A DNA stretch of 64,000 nucleotides from Clostridia bacterium (GTDB lineage Bacteria > Bacillota > Clostridia > Christensenellales > UBA1242). The notes under the pieces are model-generated. The model searched no databases, had not been told where the DNA came from, and saw only the letters and a list, made by a program, of their open reading frames with translations. The stretch spans positions 5,546 through 69,545 of the forward strand of contig JAEDFU010000005.1 of NCBI GenBank assembly GCA_016297915.1, read 5' to 3'. Shown in pieces: positions 55,728 through 64,000 of the stretch (within the stretch, counting starts at the first letter, position 1; every line of letters starts with the position of its first letter). Made by a program: the position numbers and the translations under genes.

Positions 55728-56636
55728 TTGGAAAACATAATCGAAATTAGCAATTTAAGCAAGTCCTACGACAAATTAAAAGCCGTAGATGACTTGTCCT
55801 TTGCTGTAAAAAAAGGACAACTCTTTGCTTTTCTTGGTGAAAATGGTGCAGGCAAAAGTACAACTATTTCTATAATGTGTGGCACTTTAAAAAAAGACCA
55901 AGGAAAGATTGTGATAAATGGGCTCAGTCTAGACACTGATTTAGAAAAAATCTCTGCTCAAATTGGGGTAGTGTTTCAAAACTCAGTACTAGACGGTGTT
56001 CTTTCGGTCAAAGACAATTTGTATTTAAGGGCGTCTCTGTATGGAATTGTTGGTGTTCAAGCCAAGGAGCGTGTTAAGTATCTAGCAAAGGTTTTGGACT
56101 TTGAGGATTTGCTAAATAAGACTGTAAACAAATTATCTGGTGGACAGCGTAGGCGAATTGATGTTGCAAGAGCTCTCATCCATAACCCAAAAATTCTAAT
56201 ACTAGACGAGCCAACCACTGGTCTTGACCCACACACTCGCAGAACACTCTGGAGTGTAATTGAAAATTTGCGAAAAAAAGAAAAAATAACAGTATTTCTT
56301 ACTACTCACTACATGGAAGAGACAGCAGATGCAGACTATGTAGTAATACTTGAAAAAGGCAAAATTTCTGCTGAGGGCACACCTCTTGAACTTAAAAACA
56401 AGTACACAGGAGACTTTGTAACTGTTTATCATGCAAGTGAGAGCAAAATCAAAAAACTGGGTCTTAAGTATGAGGTTTTGCCTGATGCTATAAGAATATC
56501 TGTGCCAAATACAAATTCTGCCAAGGAACTTATTATCAAACATCCCGAACTTTTTGAGGATTTTGAGATAACCAAAGGCAAAATGGATGATGTATTTTTG
56601 TCTGTAACTGGCAAAAAATTGGAGGAGACATTATGA
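55728..56636 (+). CDS. ABC transporter ATP-binding protein (ABC-2/DrrA-like)
   Basis: TTG start after AAGAGG. GENGAGKST, LSGGQRRR and ILILDEPTTGLD motifs. Confidence 0.85.
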   Translation: MENIIEISNLSKSYDKLKAVDDLSFAVKKGQLFAFLGENGAGKSTTISIMCGTLKKDQGKIVINGLSLDTDLEKISAQIGVVFQNSVLDGVLSVKDNLYLRASLYGIVGVQAKERVKYLAKVLDFEDLLNKTVNKLSGGQRRRIDVARALIHNPKILILDEPTTGLDPHTRRTLWSVIENLRKKEKITVFLTTHYMEETADADYVVILEKGKISAEGTPLELKNKYTGDFVTVYHASESKIKKLGLKYEVLPDAIRISVPNTNSAKELIIKHPELFEDFEITKGKMDDVFLSVTGKKLEETL

Positions 56637-57535
56637 GTACTTTTTGTATGTTAACCAAGCGAAACATCAAAGTCTTTTTCAAAGACAAAGGAATGTTCTT
56701 TACTTCTCTTATCACTCCAATAATTTTGCTTGTACTCTATGTGACATTTCTTGCAAAAATATATCGAGATAGTTTTGCATCCAACCTCCCTCAAGGCTTT
56801 GAGCTATCTCAAGGAGTGATTGACGGAACTGTTGGCGGGCAACTTTTTTCGTCACTTCTTGCGGTCGTGTGTGTAACAGTTGCATTTTGTTCAAATTTAC
56901 TTATGGTTCAAGACAAGATAAATGGTGCACGAAAGGACTTTTTGGTAACCCCAGTCAAAAGATACAAACTTGCCTTGTCTTATTACTTTGGCTCACTACT
57001 TACTACTCTTATAATTTGCATAGTTGCAACTTTGGCATGCTTTGTATATCTTGCATTTGCTGGTTGGTTTTTGAGTTTTGGAGATATTGTTTTGATACTA
57101 GTGGATGTAATACTCCTTACTATGTTTGGCGTAGCATTTTCCTCGATTATCAATATATTTCTATCGACCAACGGTCAAGCATCTGCAGTGGGCACAGTTG
57201 TTAGTGCCGGTTATGGCTTTATTTGCGGAGCGTACATGCCAATATCTCAATTTGGAATAGGGCTTCAAAGAATACTTATGTTCTTTCCGGGGACATATGG
57301 CACTTCGCTTATCCGAAAGCACTCTCTAGCAGGTGTATACAAACAAATGGCAAAAGAAGGAATCCCAGCAGATGTAATTGAAAGGATTAAGGATAGCATT
57401 GATTGCAATATATACTTTTTTGGCAAGCAAGTCTCAATAGGCGCTATGTATGGCGTGATTATAGGTTCAATTGCGGTACTGCTAGGTGTGTATGTTTTGA
57501 TTATGTACTTGCGTTCAAAAAAGAACAAAGCATAA
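56633..57535 (+). CDS. ABC-2 type permease
   Basis: ATGA overlap with the ATPase gene. Six hydrophobic helices. Confidence 0.75.
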   Translation: MSTFCMLTKRNIKVFFKDKGMFFTSLITPIILLVLYVTFLAKIYRDSFASNLPQGFELSQGVIDGTVGGQLFSSLLAVVCVTVAFCSNLLMVQDKINGARKDFLVTPVKRYKLALSYYFGSLLTTLIICIVATLACFVYLAFAGWFLSFGDIVLILVDVILLTMFGVAFSSIINIFLSTNGQASAVGTVVSAGYGFICGAYMPISQFGIGLQRILMFFPGTYGTSLIRKHSLAGVYKQMAKEGIPADVIERIKDSIDCNIYFFGKQVSIGAMYGVIIGSIAVLLGVYVLIMYLRSKKNKA

Positions 57536-57544
57536 AATAGATAT

Positions 57545-57602
57545 AAAAAACGAAAGTTAAGTTTGAGATTGTAATAGTCTCAAAAATACTTTCGTTTTTT
57601 TT
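57545..57602. terminator. Bidirectional intrinsic terminator
   Basis: AAAAAACGAAAGT...ACTTTCGTTTTTTTT. Confidence 0.75.
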
Positions 57603-57615
57603 AGTATTTCAATTA

Positions 57616-58644
57616 TTAAAATAGTACTGGTAGTTTTGGTATAAATATAACGCCAGCAACTATGACAGCACAGATTGACATCATAAGTACAGCACCTGCG
57701 GCAATGTCTTTGGTCTTTCGGATTTTTTCGTCGGTCTCAAGCGTAATTCTATCGCAGGCGTTTTCGATTGCAGTATTGACCATTTCAAGAGAAACCACCA
57801 AAAAGCACATTATAGCAAGTATTGCCCATTCTACAAAGGTGCATCTCAAAAATACAGCAAACATTACAACCAACATTCCACAAGCAAATTGAATAAGCAA
57901 GTTGTTTTCGTCCTTGATACTCTGTACAATGCCTCTTAGTGCGTACTTAAATCCTCCAAGAAAGGAGTGTTTTTTGTACTCGGTTGTAGGCTCGCCATAG
58001 AGGAACGAGTTGCGGTCGAGAATGTAAGTAAAGACTATCATGTATACAATTGTAATAAGTATTCCGCCAATAATGTCAGACAAATAGTGCACGCCAAGAT
58101 AAATTCGGCTAAAACATATAAGTGCCATAAACATAGCAATTACAATCGACGATAGTGCCTTGGTAGATCTTTTTGTGTCAGTGGATTTCCAAATTAAGTA
58201 TATCAAAAACCCATAAAAAGTAATAGCAAACATAGCATGACCGCTAGGGAAACTATAACCGGGCTCAAAAATTAGGCTTTGCGAGATATCTGGTCTGGTT
58301 CTGCGGAAAATGTATTTAAGTGACAAATTAAGCAGTGCCGTCAACCCCATATTCAAAAACATTGCAAAACTATGTTGCTTGTTAATCTTGCGTGTAAACA
58401 TCAAAACTAATGCGATAAACGCCATAATAAATGGATTGCATAAGTTGGTAATCACTTTGAATACAAATGTTAGTGGTTTTGACCTAATTGACAATGCAAA
58501 ATTATATAGTGCCGTATCCATTTCAAGGATTTTGTTGTACATTATATCCTCACCAATAAGAATAAAACAAATTATCATGGCAAGCATCAATATAATTGTT
58601 ATTGTGTACAAGACTATTTTTTTTGCGTCTTTTGTTTTTTGCAT
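57616..58644 (-). CDS. Fusion protein: PAP2 phosphatase (BcrC/UppP-like) plus DgkA-type (undecaprenol/diacylglycerol) kinase
   Basis: PAP2 motifs KYIFRRTRP, SFPSGHA and SRIYLGVHYLSD. C-terminal DgkA-like FKYALRGI...SLEMVNTAIENACDRI...KDIAAGAVL. Start set at ATG 58644 after GGAGGA. Confidence 0.75.
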   Translation of the reverse strand: MQKTKDAKKIVLYTITIILMLAMIICFILIGEDIMYNKILEMDTALYNFALSIRSKPLTFVFKVITNLCNPFIMAFIALVLMFTRKINKQHSFAMFLNMGLTALLNLSLKYIFRRTRPDISQSLIFEPGYSFPSGHAMFAITFYGFLIYLIWKSTDTKRSTKALSSIVIAMFMALICFSRIYLGVHYLSDIIGGILITIVYMIVFTYILDRNSFLYGEPTTEYKKHSFLGGFKYALRGIVQSIKDENNLLIQFACGMLVVMFAVFLRCTFVEWAILAIMCFLVVSLEMVNTAIENACDRITLETDEKIRKTKDIAAGAVLMMSICAVIVAGVIFIPKLPVLF

Positions 58645-59489
58645 TATTTTTCCTCCAAATATTTTGTCCACGACGGACTGATTTGCAAATGAACATCATT
58701 AAGATAACTCAAATTTCCAGTTATATCAAAGTCTAATTTGTAAGCTGTAAGAAAGTAACCTTTGTATTTATCTATAGTTATCGTTTGGCGATTGTATTTT
58801 GTGTCGTTAACGATAGGGTGTCCTAGATAATTACAATGCGCTCTTATTTGATGTGTTCTTCCAGTGTGAAGTGTGACTTGGAGTATGGTTAAATCTTTTA
58901 ACTTTTTGATTATGTCAAATTCGGTCACAATCTCTTTGTAGCCGTCTTTTTCGGTAGCGGAGATGTCTACAAGGGCTTTGTTTGCATTTTTGAATAAATA
59001 AGCCTTTTGTATTCCTAATTTTTCAAAATCTCCAGTCACTGCGGTTATGTAAGTTTTGTTAATTTGCCTTTGTCTAAATACTTTTTCAAATTCTCTAGCG
59101 ATGTCGGTGCTTTTTGCAAGGATTACAAGCCCCTCGGTTAATCTATCTAGCCTATGCACGATTGTTGCATTTTTGTCCTTGAATATTTCCTCAAGAGAGT
59201 AGGTGTTGTCACTGCTTTTGTCCCTAGTTGCACACTCAATGCCTGCAGGCTTGTTTACAATAAGAATATTTTCATCTTCGTACACAATAGGAACGCTAGG
59301 AATGCTTGTTTTGGTCATATAGAGTTCCACTTGATCCATGGGCTTGATATTAATATTTTGCTTGACTCTCTTGCCGTTGACTTTGACATCGCCTTTTCGC
59401 AAGAGCTTTTGAGCGGATGCAAAACTTAGTCCTTGGACATTGTGTATCAAAAACTTTATTAATTTTTCATTTGTCTTAGATATAATCAT
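58644..59489 (-). CDS. RluA-family pseudouridine synthase with S4 domain
   Basis: HRLDRLTEGLVILAK catalytic motif and HTGRTHQIRAH. The stop overlaps the downstream start (TAATG). An alternative TTG start lies at 59504. Confidence 0.8.
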   Translation of the reverse strand: MIISKTNEKLIKFLIHNVQGLSFASAQKLLRKGDVKVNGKRVKQNINIKPMDQVELYMTKTSIPSVPIVYEDENILIVNKPAGIECATRDKSSDNTYSLEEIFKDKNATIVHRLDRLTEGLVILAKSTDIAREFEKVFRQRQINKTYITAVTGDFEKLGIQKAYLFKNANKALVDISATEKDGYKEIVTEFDIIKKLKDLTILQVTLHTGRTHQIRAHCNYLGHPIVNDTKYNRQTITIDKYKGYFLTAYKLDFDITGNLSYLNDVHLQISPSWTKYLEEK

Positions 59490-59628
59490 AATACTCCATT
59501 GCAACTTTCGAATTCATGTTAATTTTAGCACAAGTTTGCTAATTTTCAAATTATCTTTTTGTAAATTCACTAGTATTTTTGACCAAATTGTTGTATAATC
59601 GAACTGTAAATAACTTTAAGGAGAAAAA

Positions 59629-60357
59629 ATGCTAAAATTAGATAATGTTTGTTATGCTGTGGATGAAAACGGCAAGCAAAAATATATACTAAAAAATATC
59701 AACCTTGAGATTGGCGACAATGAGACTATCGTAATCACTGGACACAATGGTTCTGGCAAAAGTACTCTCATGAAGATTATCATGGGCATAATTCCAGTAA
59801 CATCAGGCAAGATTTATTTTGATGGTGTCAATATTACAGATATGACAATCACAGATAGAGCCAAACTCGGAATTGCATATTCATTTCAAACACCAGTTAG
59901 GTTCAAAGGACTCAAAGTCAAAGATTTGCTAACTACTGCCCAAAAAACTAATTCAAAACTTATGGAAGTATGTAATTATTTGAGTAAAGTTGGCTTGTGT
60001 GCAAGAAACTATATAGATAGACCACTAGACGATAGCCTCTCTGGTGGAGAACTCAAACGAATTGAGATTGCAACAACTCTAGCTAGGGGCGCTAGATTTA
60101 ATATGTTTGATGAGCCTGAGGCAGGCATAGACTTGTGGAGCTTTGACGGACTAATATCTGCATTCAGTGAGAGTTTGGAAAAGAATAAATGCACTAATAT
60201 AATTATATCTCATCAGGAAAAAATCCTTGGCATTGCAGATAAAATTGTTGTCATGGATAGTTCCAAGATAACAATGTTAGGCACTAGAGAAGAAATTATG
60301 CCAAGTATTAAGTCTAGTAGGGTTTGTAGCAAACTAAAGGGGGATATGTATGAATAA
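59629..60357 (+). CDS. sufC: SufC-like Fe-S cluster assembly ATPase
   Basis: GHNGSGKST, LSGGELKR and FNMFDEPEAGID motifs. Paired with a SufB/D-like gene. Confidence 0.7.
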   Translation: MLKLDNVCYAVDENGKQKYILKNINLEIGDNETIVITGHNGSGKSTLMKIIMGIIPVTSGKIYFDGVNITDMTITDRAKLGIAYSFQTPVRFKGLKVKDLLTTAQKTNSKLMEVCNYLSKVGLCARNYIDRPLDDSLSGGELKRIEIATTLARGARFNMFDEPEAGIDLWSFDGLISAFSESLEKNKCTNIIISHQEKILGIADKIVVMDSSKITMLGTREEIMPSIKSSRVCSKLKGDMYE

Positions 60358-61264
60358 GATCGAAAAAGATTTGCTTCTTGCCGTAGCGGATTTGCATCAA
60401 GTCCCTCAAGGTGCATACAATTTGCGTGAAAATGGCAAGCCAGTTGAGAGACATAGTTCCCAAAATATCGAGATTACACCCAAGTTAGATAAGTCAGGAA
60501 TAGATATAACAATCAAACCAAATACCCAAAATGAGTCGGTTCACATTCCTGTAATCATCACTGAGAGTGGAGTCAAAGACTTGGTATATAATGACTTTTA
60601 TGTAGGCGAAAATAGCGATGTTTTGATTGTTGCTGGATGTGGAATTCATAACGCTGGAGATAGTGCTAGCCAACACGACGGAATACATGCTTTTCACATT
60701 GGCAAAAATGCCAAAGTTAGATATGTCGAAAAACATATTGGAGTTGGTCAAAAGGGTGACAAAGTTCTCAACCCAGTAACTCAAGTTTATATGGAAGAGG
60801 GGTCATATATGCTCATGGAGACCACTCAACTTGGCGGTGTTTCAAGCTCGGTTAGACGCACTGAGGGTGAACTCAAAGACAATGCCAAGCTTGTAATCAA
60901 AGAAAAAATACTTACAAGCGACAGCCAGACTGCCAAGACTGAGTTTGATGTCAAACTATCTGGCAAAAATAGTTCGTGCGAGGTTATATCTCGTAGCGTA
61001 ACAAGAGACAATAGTTTTCAGGAATTTGTAAGCAAATTAATTGGTCAAAATGAATGTTTTGGTCATGTTGAGTGTGACGGAATTTTGCTAGACAACTCTA
61101 GGATTATCTCCACTCCCGAAATTGTCGCTGAGAGTACTCAAGCAACTCTCATTCACGAGGCTGCTATTGGCAAAATAGCAGGAGACCAAATTATCAAACT
61201 TATGACACTTGGGCTTACGGAAAAAGAAGCTGAAGATATGATAATTCAAGGTTTTTTGAGTTAA
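60350..61264 (+). CDS. SufB/SufD-family Fe-S assembly protein
   Basis: C-terminal LIHEAAIGKIAGDQIIKLMTLGLTEKEAEDMIIQGFL, typical of SufB/D. Overlaps sufC by 8 nt. Confidence 0.7.
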   Translation: MNKIEKDLLLAVADLHQVPQGAYNLRENGKPVERHSSQNIEITPKLDKSGIDITIKPNTQNESVHIPVIITESGVKDLVYNDFYVGENSDVLIVAGCGIHNAGDSASQHDGIHAFHIGKNAKVRYVEKHIGVGQKGDKVLNPVTQVYMEEGSYMLMETTQLGGVSSSVRRTEGELKDNAKLVIKEKILTSDSQTAKTEFDVKLSGKNSSCEVISRSVTRDNSFQEFVSKLIGQNECFGHVECDGILLDNSRIISTPEIVAESTQATLIHEAAIGKIAGDQIIKLMTLGLTEKEAEDMIIQGFLS

Positions 61265-61277
61265 AATAAATACAATA

Positions 61278-61331
61278 AATCTTAAATAAGCAAAATATTT
61301 GAAAATCAATTTGCTTATTTAAGATTTTTTT
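61278..61331 (+). terminator. Intrinsic terminator
   Basis: AATCTTAAATAAGCAAA...TTTGCTTATTTAAGATT followed by a T-run. Confidence 0.75.
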
Positions 61332-61415
61332 CAAAAATTCACTTCATATAAGTTCAATTGCGTTTGCGATGTCAAAAATCCCAAGTAAAATGATTATTTT
61401 TCAAAAATTCAGATA

Positions 61416-61444
61416 TTGACATAAGCCTTTTTGCGTGCTAGAAT
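61416..61444 (+). promoter_or_regulatory. Promoter TTGACA-17-TAGAAT
   Basis: Hexamers at 61416-61421 and 61439-61444. This excludes the track's ATG 61445 as a start codon. Confidence 0.6.
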
Positions 61445-61474
61445 ATGTATAATCAAAAATATGTGGGAGATATT

Positions 61475-62071
61475 ATGGAACAATTATTTAAAGTAGAAAA
61501 TCTAAAAGAATTTTTGGCTAAAAATGGCTATGAGTGGAATGGTGCAGGAGTTTTGACCGATATCCGAACAAGCCATATCTTAGAGCCTAGAGTAGTTGGT
61601 GACGATGAGGTTATAGACAACTCCGATGAACAAGTAATTAATCAAAATATGAATGAAAATAAGCCTACTACTATGTATGTTAGTCTCAAAAAAGACGGCG
61701 TGAAAAAAGAACTTAATGACGCATGCCTAACTTTTGACTGCAGTATGTTTACAGTATGGGAGAGCGCACAAAAAGTCCTCAAAGACAGAATCGTTCGCAA
61801 ACAAAAATCAAGTGATGCCGAAATTGGATTGAACTCCGCTTGGCAAAAGTTTAATCAAAAGTCTATCGAGAGCGAAAAGTATCAAGATATACTCAATCAC
61901 AAAAAATTAGTAACTTTAGGCGTCAAAAGAGATGCTGTTAGTGAAAAAATTTATTATTACGAGACCAAGAAACATGAGATTGAACAAAAGATTGACAAAC
62001 TAAACTCTCAATTAAGAGATATAAACGGTCAAATCGAAGAACTTGAGATTTCTCAAGAAATGAACAAATAA
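61475..62071 (+). CDS. Hypothetical protein with C-terminal coiled coil
   Basis: GGGAG RBS before ATG 61475. Heptad-like C-terminus (KHEIEQKIDKLNSQLRDINGQIEELE). Confidence 0.45.
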   Translation: MEQLFKVENLKEFLAKNGYEWNGAGVLTDIRTSHILEPRVVGDDEVIDNSDEQVINQNMNENKPTTMYVSLKKDGVKKELNDACLTFDCSMFTVWESAQKVLKDRIVRKQKSSDAEIGLNSAWQKFNQKSIESEKYQDILNHKKLVTLGVKRDAVSEKIYYYETKKHEIEQKIDKLNSQLRDINGQIEELEISQEMNK

Positions 62072-62086
62072 GGGCGTTATCAAAAT

Positions 62087-62135
62087 AAAAATCCACGGAC
62101 TAAAACATAAAATAGTTTTTCCGTGGATTTTTTTT
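62087..62135. terminator. Bidirectional intrinsic terminator
   Basis: AAAAATCCACGGA...TCCGTGGATTTTTTTT. Confidence 0.75.
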
Positions 62136-63174
62136 AGTTTACAATAACATTCTCTCCAGTATCTGCATCTTGATACATGACCCAGTAGCCGTTGTCATAT
62201 GGATTTGTTGTATCAGTAGGTAGCCATTGGCTATAATTTTTGAGTTCTCTAGGTGGCTCGCTACTATACGACCCAGGAACTCCATAGCAAATATATTTGA
62301 TATCGTTGTTTATATAAATTATTCCTACAACATAGTGTCTTTCGTCCATATCCGAGATTTTGACCCAGCGACTATTTTCAACTAGGTTTTCTAGATTTTC
62401 TTCCCTAGGATATTTGTCAAACAATTCCTCAAGTTGTTCGGCAATCATAGAATAAAATTTATGCTCTTTGCCTGTTGGGTTTAGGTCTACTTTTTCATCA
62501 AGTTCTCGGTCTATTTGTGAGTTTAATTCGTTTTCGTCGTCCTCAAACAAACTCCCCATGCTGGCCACTTGGGAAACCTCGTTTTCGTGTTGTATGTCTG
62601 CCATGGTCATCTGTTTTGCTAGATTGTTTATTTCGTCATGACCTCTTATAGGACTAAATACCGTTTGTGTGTCATACAAATTTGTGTCCTTAGGTGGTAA
62701 GTTTGGGGTATTTTCTGTAATATTATCTATGTCTAGTGAACTTTGAGTTTCAAGTCTTTGATTAGTTGGTGCTTGTTGCTCGCACACTTGTTTGTTTGTA
62801 TGTAATCGCTTAACACTCTCATTAAGACTGCTAAGAATTGCGTTTTTGTAACCCTCACTTTTTTCACTACCCCAAAGAATTGGGATAAATTCACCTTTTT
62901 GATTTTCCAAAAGAACGCAACCTAGGTTTTTTTGCAAATCAATATTTTGATTTATAAGAAAGTTATAACTATCATTATTTAACATGATGTTTTGTTTGAT
63001 TATATTATTTTCGGACTTTATCCCTAGAACTAAATCCTTGTAATTATTATGGAAGTTGTAAGTTTTGACTGTACAAAAAAATCCGTTATTCTTTTTTTCT
63101 AAAGTTAGTGTTGCCATGCCTTTTTGATTGCTTTCTTTGTTGGACAAAAAAACAGTTTTTTTAAAAGTGCTCAT
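62134..63174 (-). CDS. Hypothetical protein
   Basis: AAGGTGG RBS upstream. The conserved-looking C-terminal block YVVGIIYINNDIKYICYGVPG...GYWVMYQDADTGE could not be assigned to a named family. Confidence 0.45.
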   Translation of the reverse strand: MSTFKKTVFLSNKESNQKGMATLTLEKKNNGFFCTVKTYNFHNNYKDLVLGIKSENNIIKQNIMLNNDSYNFLINQNIDLQKNLGCVLLENQKGEFIPILWGSEKSEGYKNAILSSLNESVKRLHTNKQVCEQQAPTNQRLETQSSLDIDNITENTPNLPPKDTNLYDTQTVFSPIRGHDEINNLAKQMTMADIQHENEVSQVASMGSLFEDDENELNSQIDRELDEKVDLNPTGKEHKFYSMIAEQLEELFDKYPREENLENLVENSRWVKISDMDERHYVVGIIYINNDIKYICYGVPGSYSSEPPRELKNYSQWLPTDTTNPYDNGYWVMYQDADTGENVIVN

Positions 63175-63344
63175 ATGATACCACCTTAAATATTTTTACT
63201 CTATTATATATGATTTGAGAGTTCTTATTTGTGAAAAGGTTGGTCGAATAGAGGCTACAATTTGAGAAACTTAGGTTTTTTTGTCAAAATTGAATTAACA
63301 AATCCAAAATTGGCAAAATTTGTTTGTTAACATTAAAAAAATAT

Positions 63345-63373
63345 TTGACCTTGCTAATTTCATTTGCTATACT
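63345..63373 (+). promoter_or_regulatory. Promoter TTGACC-17-TATACT driving the short transcript below
   Basis: Hexamers at 63345-63350 and 63368-63373. Confidence 0.55.
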
Positions 63374-63379
63374 AAAACT

Positions 63380-63470
63380 GCTAATATGAAAATATTAGTT
63401 TATTTTTTATAAATAACTCCTTTTTATTGCTACTATGGGGACTAACTCACCCCGAGTAGCATCTTTTTTT
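63380..63470 (+). ncRNA. Candidate ~90-nt small RNA or terminated leader
   Basis: Hairpin CTAATAT-gaaa-ATATTAG (63381-63398). C/U-rich ACUCCUUUUU (63416-63425). Terminator GCTACTatGGGG-actaactca-CCCCgAGTAGC (63429-63460) followed by a T7 run. Confidence 0.35.
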
Positions 63471-63534
63471 GTCTAATGCTTTCAAAAAAACACATCGACG
63501 GCAAAAAAATTTGGCAAAAAATAACGATTTTTGG

Positions 63535-63564
63535 TTGACTTTTGCTCTTGGGGGGGGGTATACT
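63535..63564 (+). promoter_or_regulatory. Promoter TTGACT-18-TATACT whose spacer contains a G9 homopolymer
   Basis: -35 at 63535-63540, G9 at 63550-63558, -10 at 63559-63564. 53 nt upstream of the ATG at 63618. Confidence 0.55.
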
Positions 63565-63617
63565 TATATTGGATAGGAGTTATTACTCATTCAAATAAAT
63601 CGTAAGGAGAACAAAGT

Positions 63618-64000
63618 ATGCCTAACATAAATGATACACAACCAGTTCCTATGCCCATATTGGGGGTCACAACTAAATTAATTGACCCTAATACGGTGCC
63701 AAATATTAAGCGCAATATTACTTTAACTCAAAAGAGTCCTGAGGACATAAAAAAAGAAGAAGCTCTCCACCATAGTTACAGGGGTTATGGTTTTAAGGCT
63801 TGTCCATACACAATAACTACTAGTCAAGGTGAAATTAGAGATATATGGGATATGCCGTCGTCAGTACTTATAAACAAACTTGCCCAAACAATAATCCATG
63901 GTGACAAGAATGAAAAGACGAAAATGCGAATTATTTGTCAAAATATGAAAGGACACTTTAATCCGAGTTATGCCGACTTGGCAAAGTTTACTAAAATTAT
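63618..64000 (+). CDS. Hypothetical protein, 3'-truncated by the window edge (not in the supplied ORF track)
   Basis: AAGGAG at 63604-63609, then ATG 63618 eight nt later. The frame (MPNINDTQPVPMPILGVTTKLIDPNTVPNIKRN...) is open to nt 64000. Confidence 0.6.
   Translation, partial: MPNINDTQPVPMPILGVTTKLIDPNTVPNIKRNITLTQKSPEDIKKEEALHHSYRGYGFKACPYTITTSQGEIRDIWDMPSSVLINKLAQTIIHGDKNEKTKMRIICQNMKGHFNPSYADLAKFTKI

Noticed and set aside
63386-63412. 8-codon ORF (MKILVYFL) inside the sRNA candidate as a leader peptide.
   Set aside because: It has no Shine-Dalgarno sequence, and its start lies inside the first hairpin only about 6 nt from the predicted TSS.
1-64000. Alternative genetic code (TGA as Trp), as in Mollicutes.
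   Set aside because: RF2 is present with its TGA-dependent frameshift. Several well-supported genes end at TGA, and no conserved protein needs read-through of TGA.
1-64000. Prophage, transposon, integrative element, defence island, rRNA or tRNA genes.
   Set aside because: No integrase, transposase, recombinase, capsid, terminase, restriction, cas or reverse-transcriptase motifs were seen. No tRNA-like GGTTCGAATCC-type arms occur in the intergenic gaps, and no flanking long repeats were noticed.

Overview
Low-GC (about one-third G+C by eye) Firmicutes-type chromosomal segment using the standard bacterial code (TGA is a stop, RF2 is present). I support about 60 protein-coding genes, mostly housekeeping and mostly on the + strand. 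They include lepB (5' partial), an LRR surface protein, prfB (programmed +1 frameshift), tsaD, degV, cca, tilS, glyQS with a glycine T-box leader, a P-type ATPase and an SOS-boxed dinB. Further along are ldh, murB-PHP-whiA-dnaE-pfkA, greA-helD, spoIIE, veg, holB-ricT-MTase-rsmI, two ABC systems, a PAP2::DgkA fusion and sufC-sufBD. The veg/holB/ricT/rsmI/tilS/spoIIE gene set resembles the origin-proximal region of Bacillus-like genomes. I recognised no rRNA, tRNA, CRISPR array, transposase, integrase or phage gene. I cannot name a proven new system. The best second-look candidates are:
(1) a G9 tract inside the -35/-10 spacer of a near-consensus promoter in front of an unknown ORF at the right edge, next to a self-contained small-RNA-like unit;
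(2) a tightly packed operon of four paralogous-looking tetraspan membrane proteins (two with SHOCT tails) plus a double zinc-ribbon membrane protein, upstream of tilS;
(3) a dense same-orientation DnaA-box cluster with an AT-rich core and no dnaA nearby;
(4) an orphan four-segment attenuator in front of a GT8 / PlsC-like / CrtO-like glycolipid-acylation operon;
(5) four tandem 22-bp palindrome-containing repeats that start inside the last codons of ldh.
All family calls come from motifs read by eye. No database search was run.
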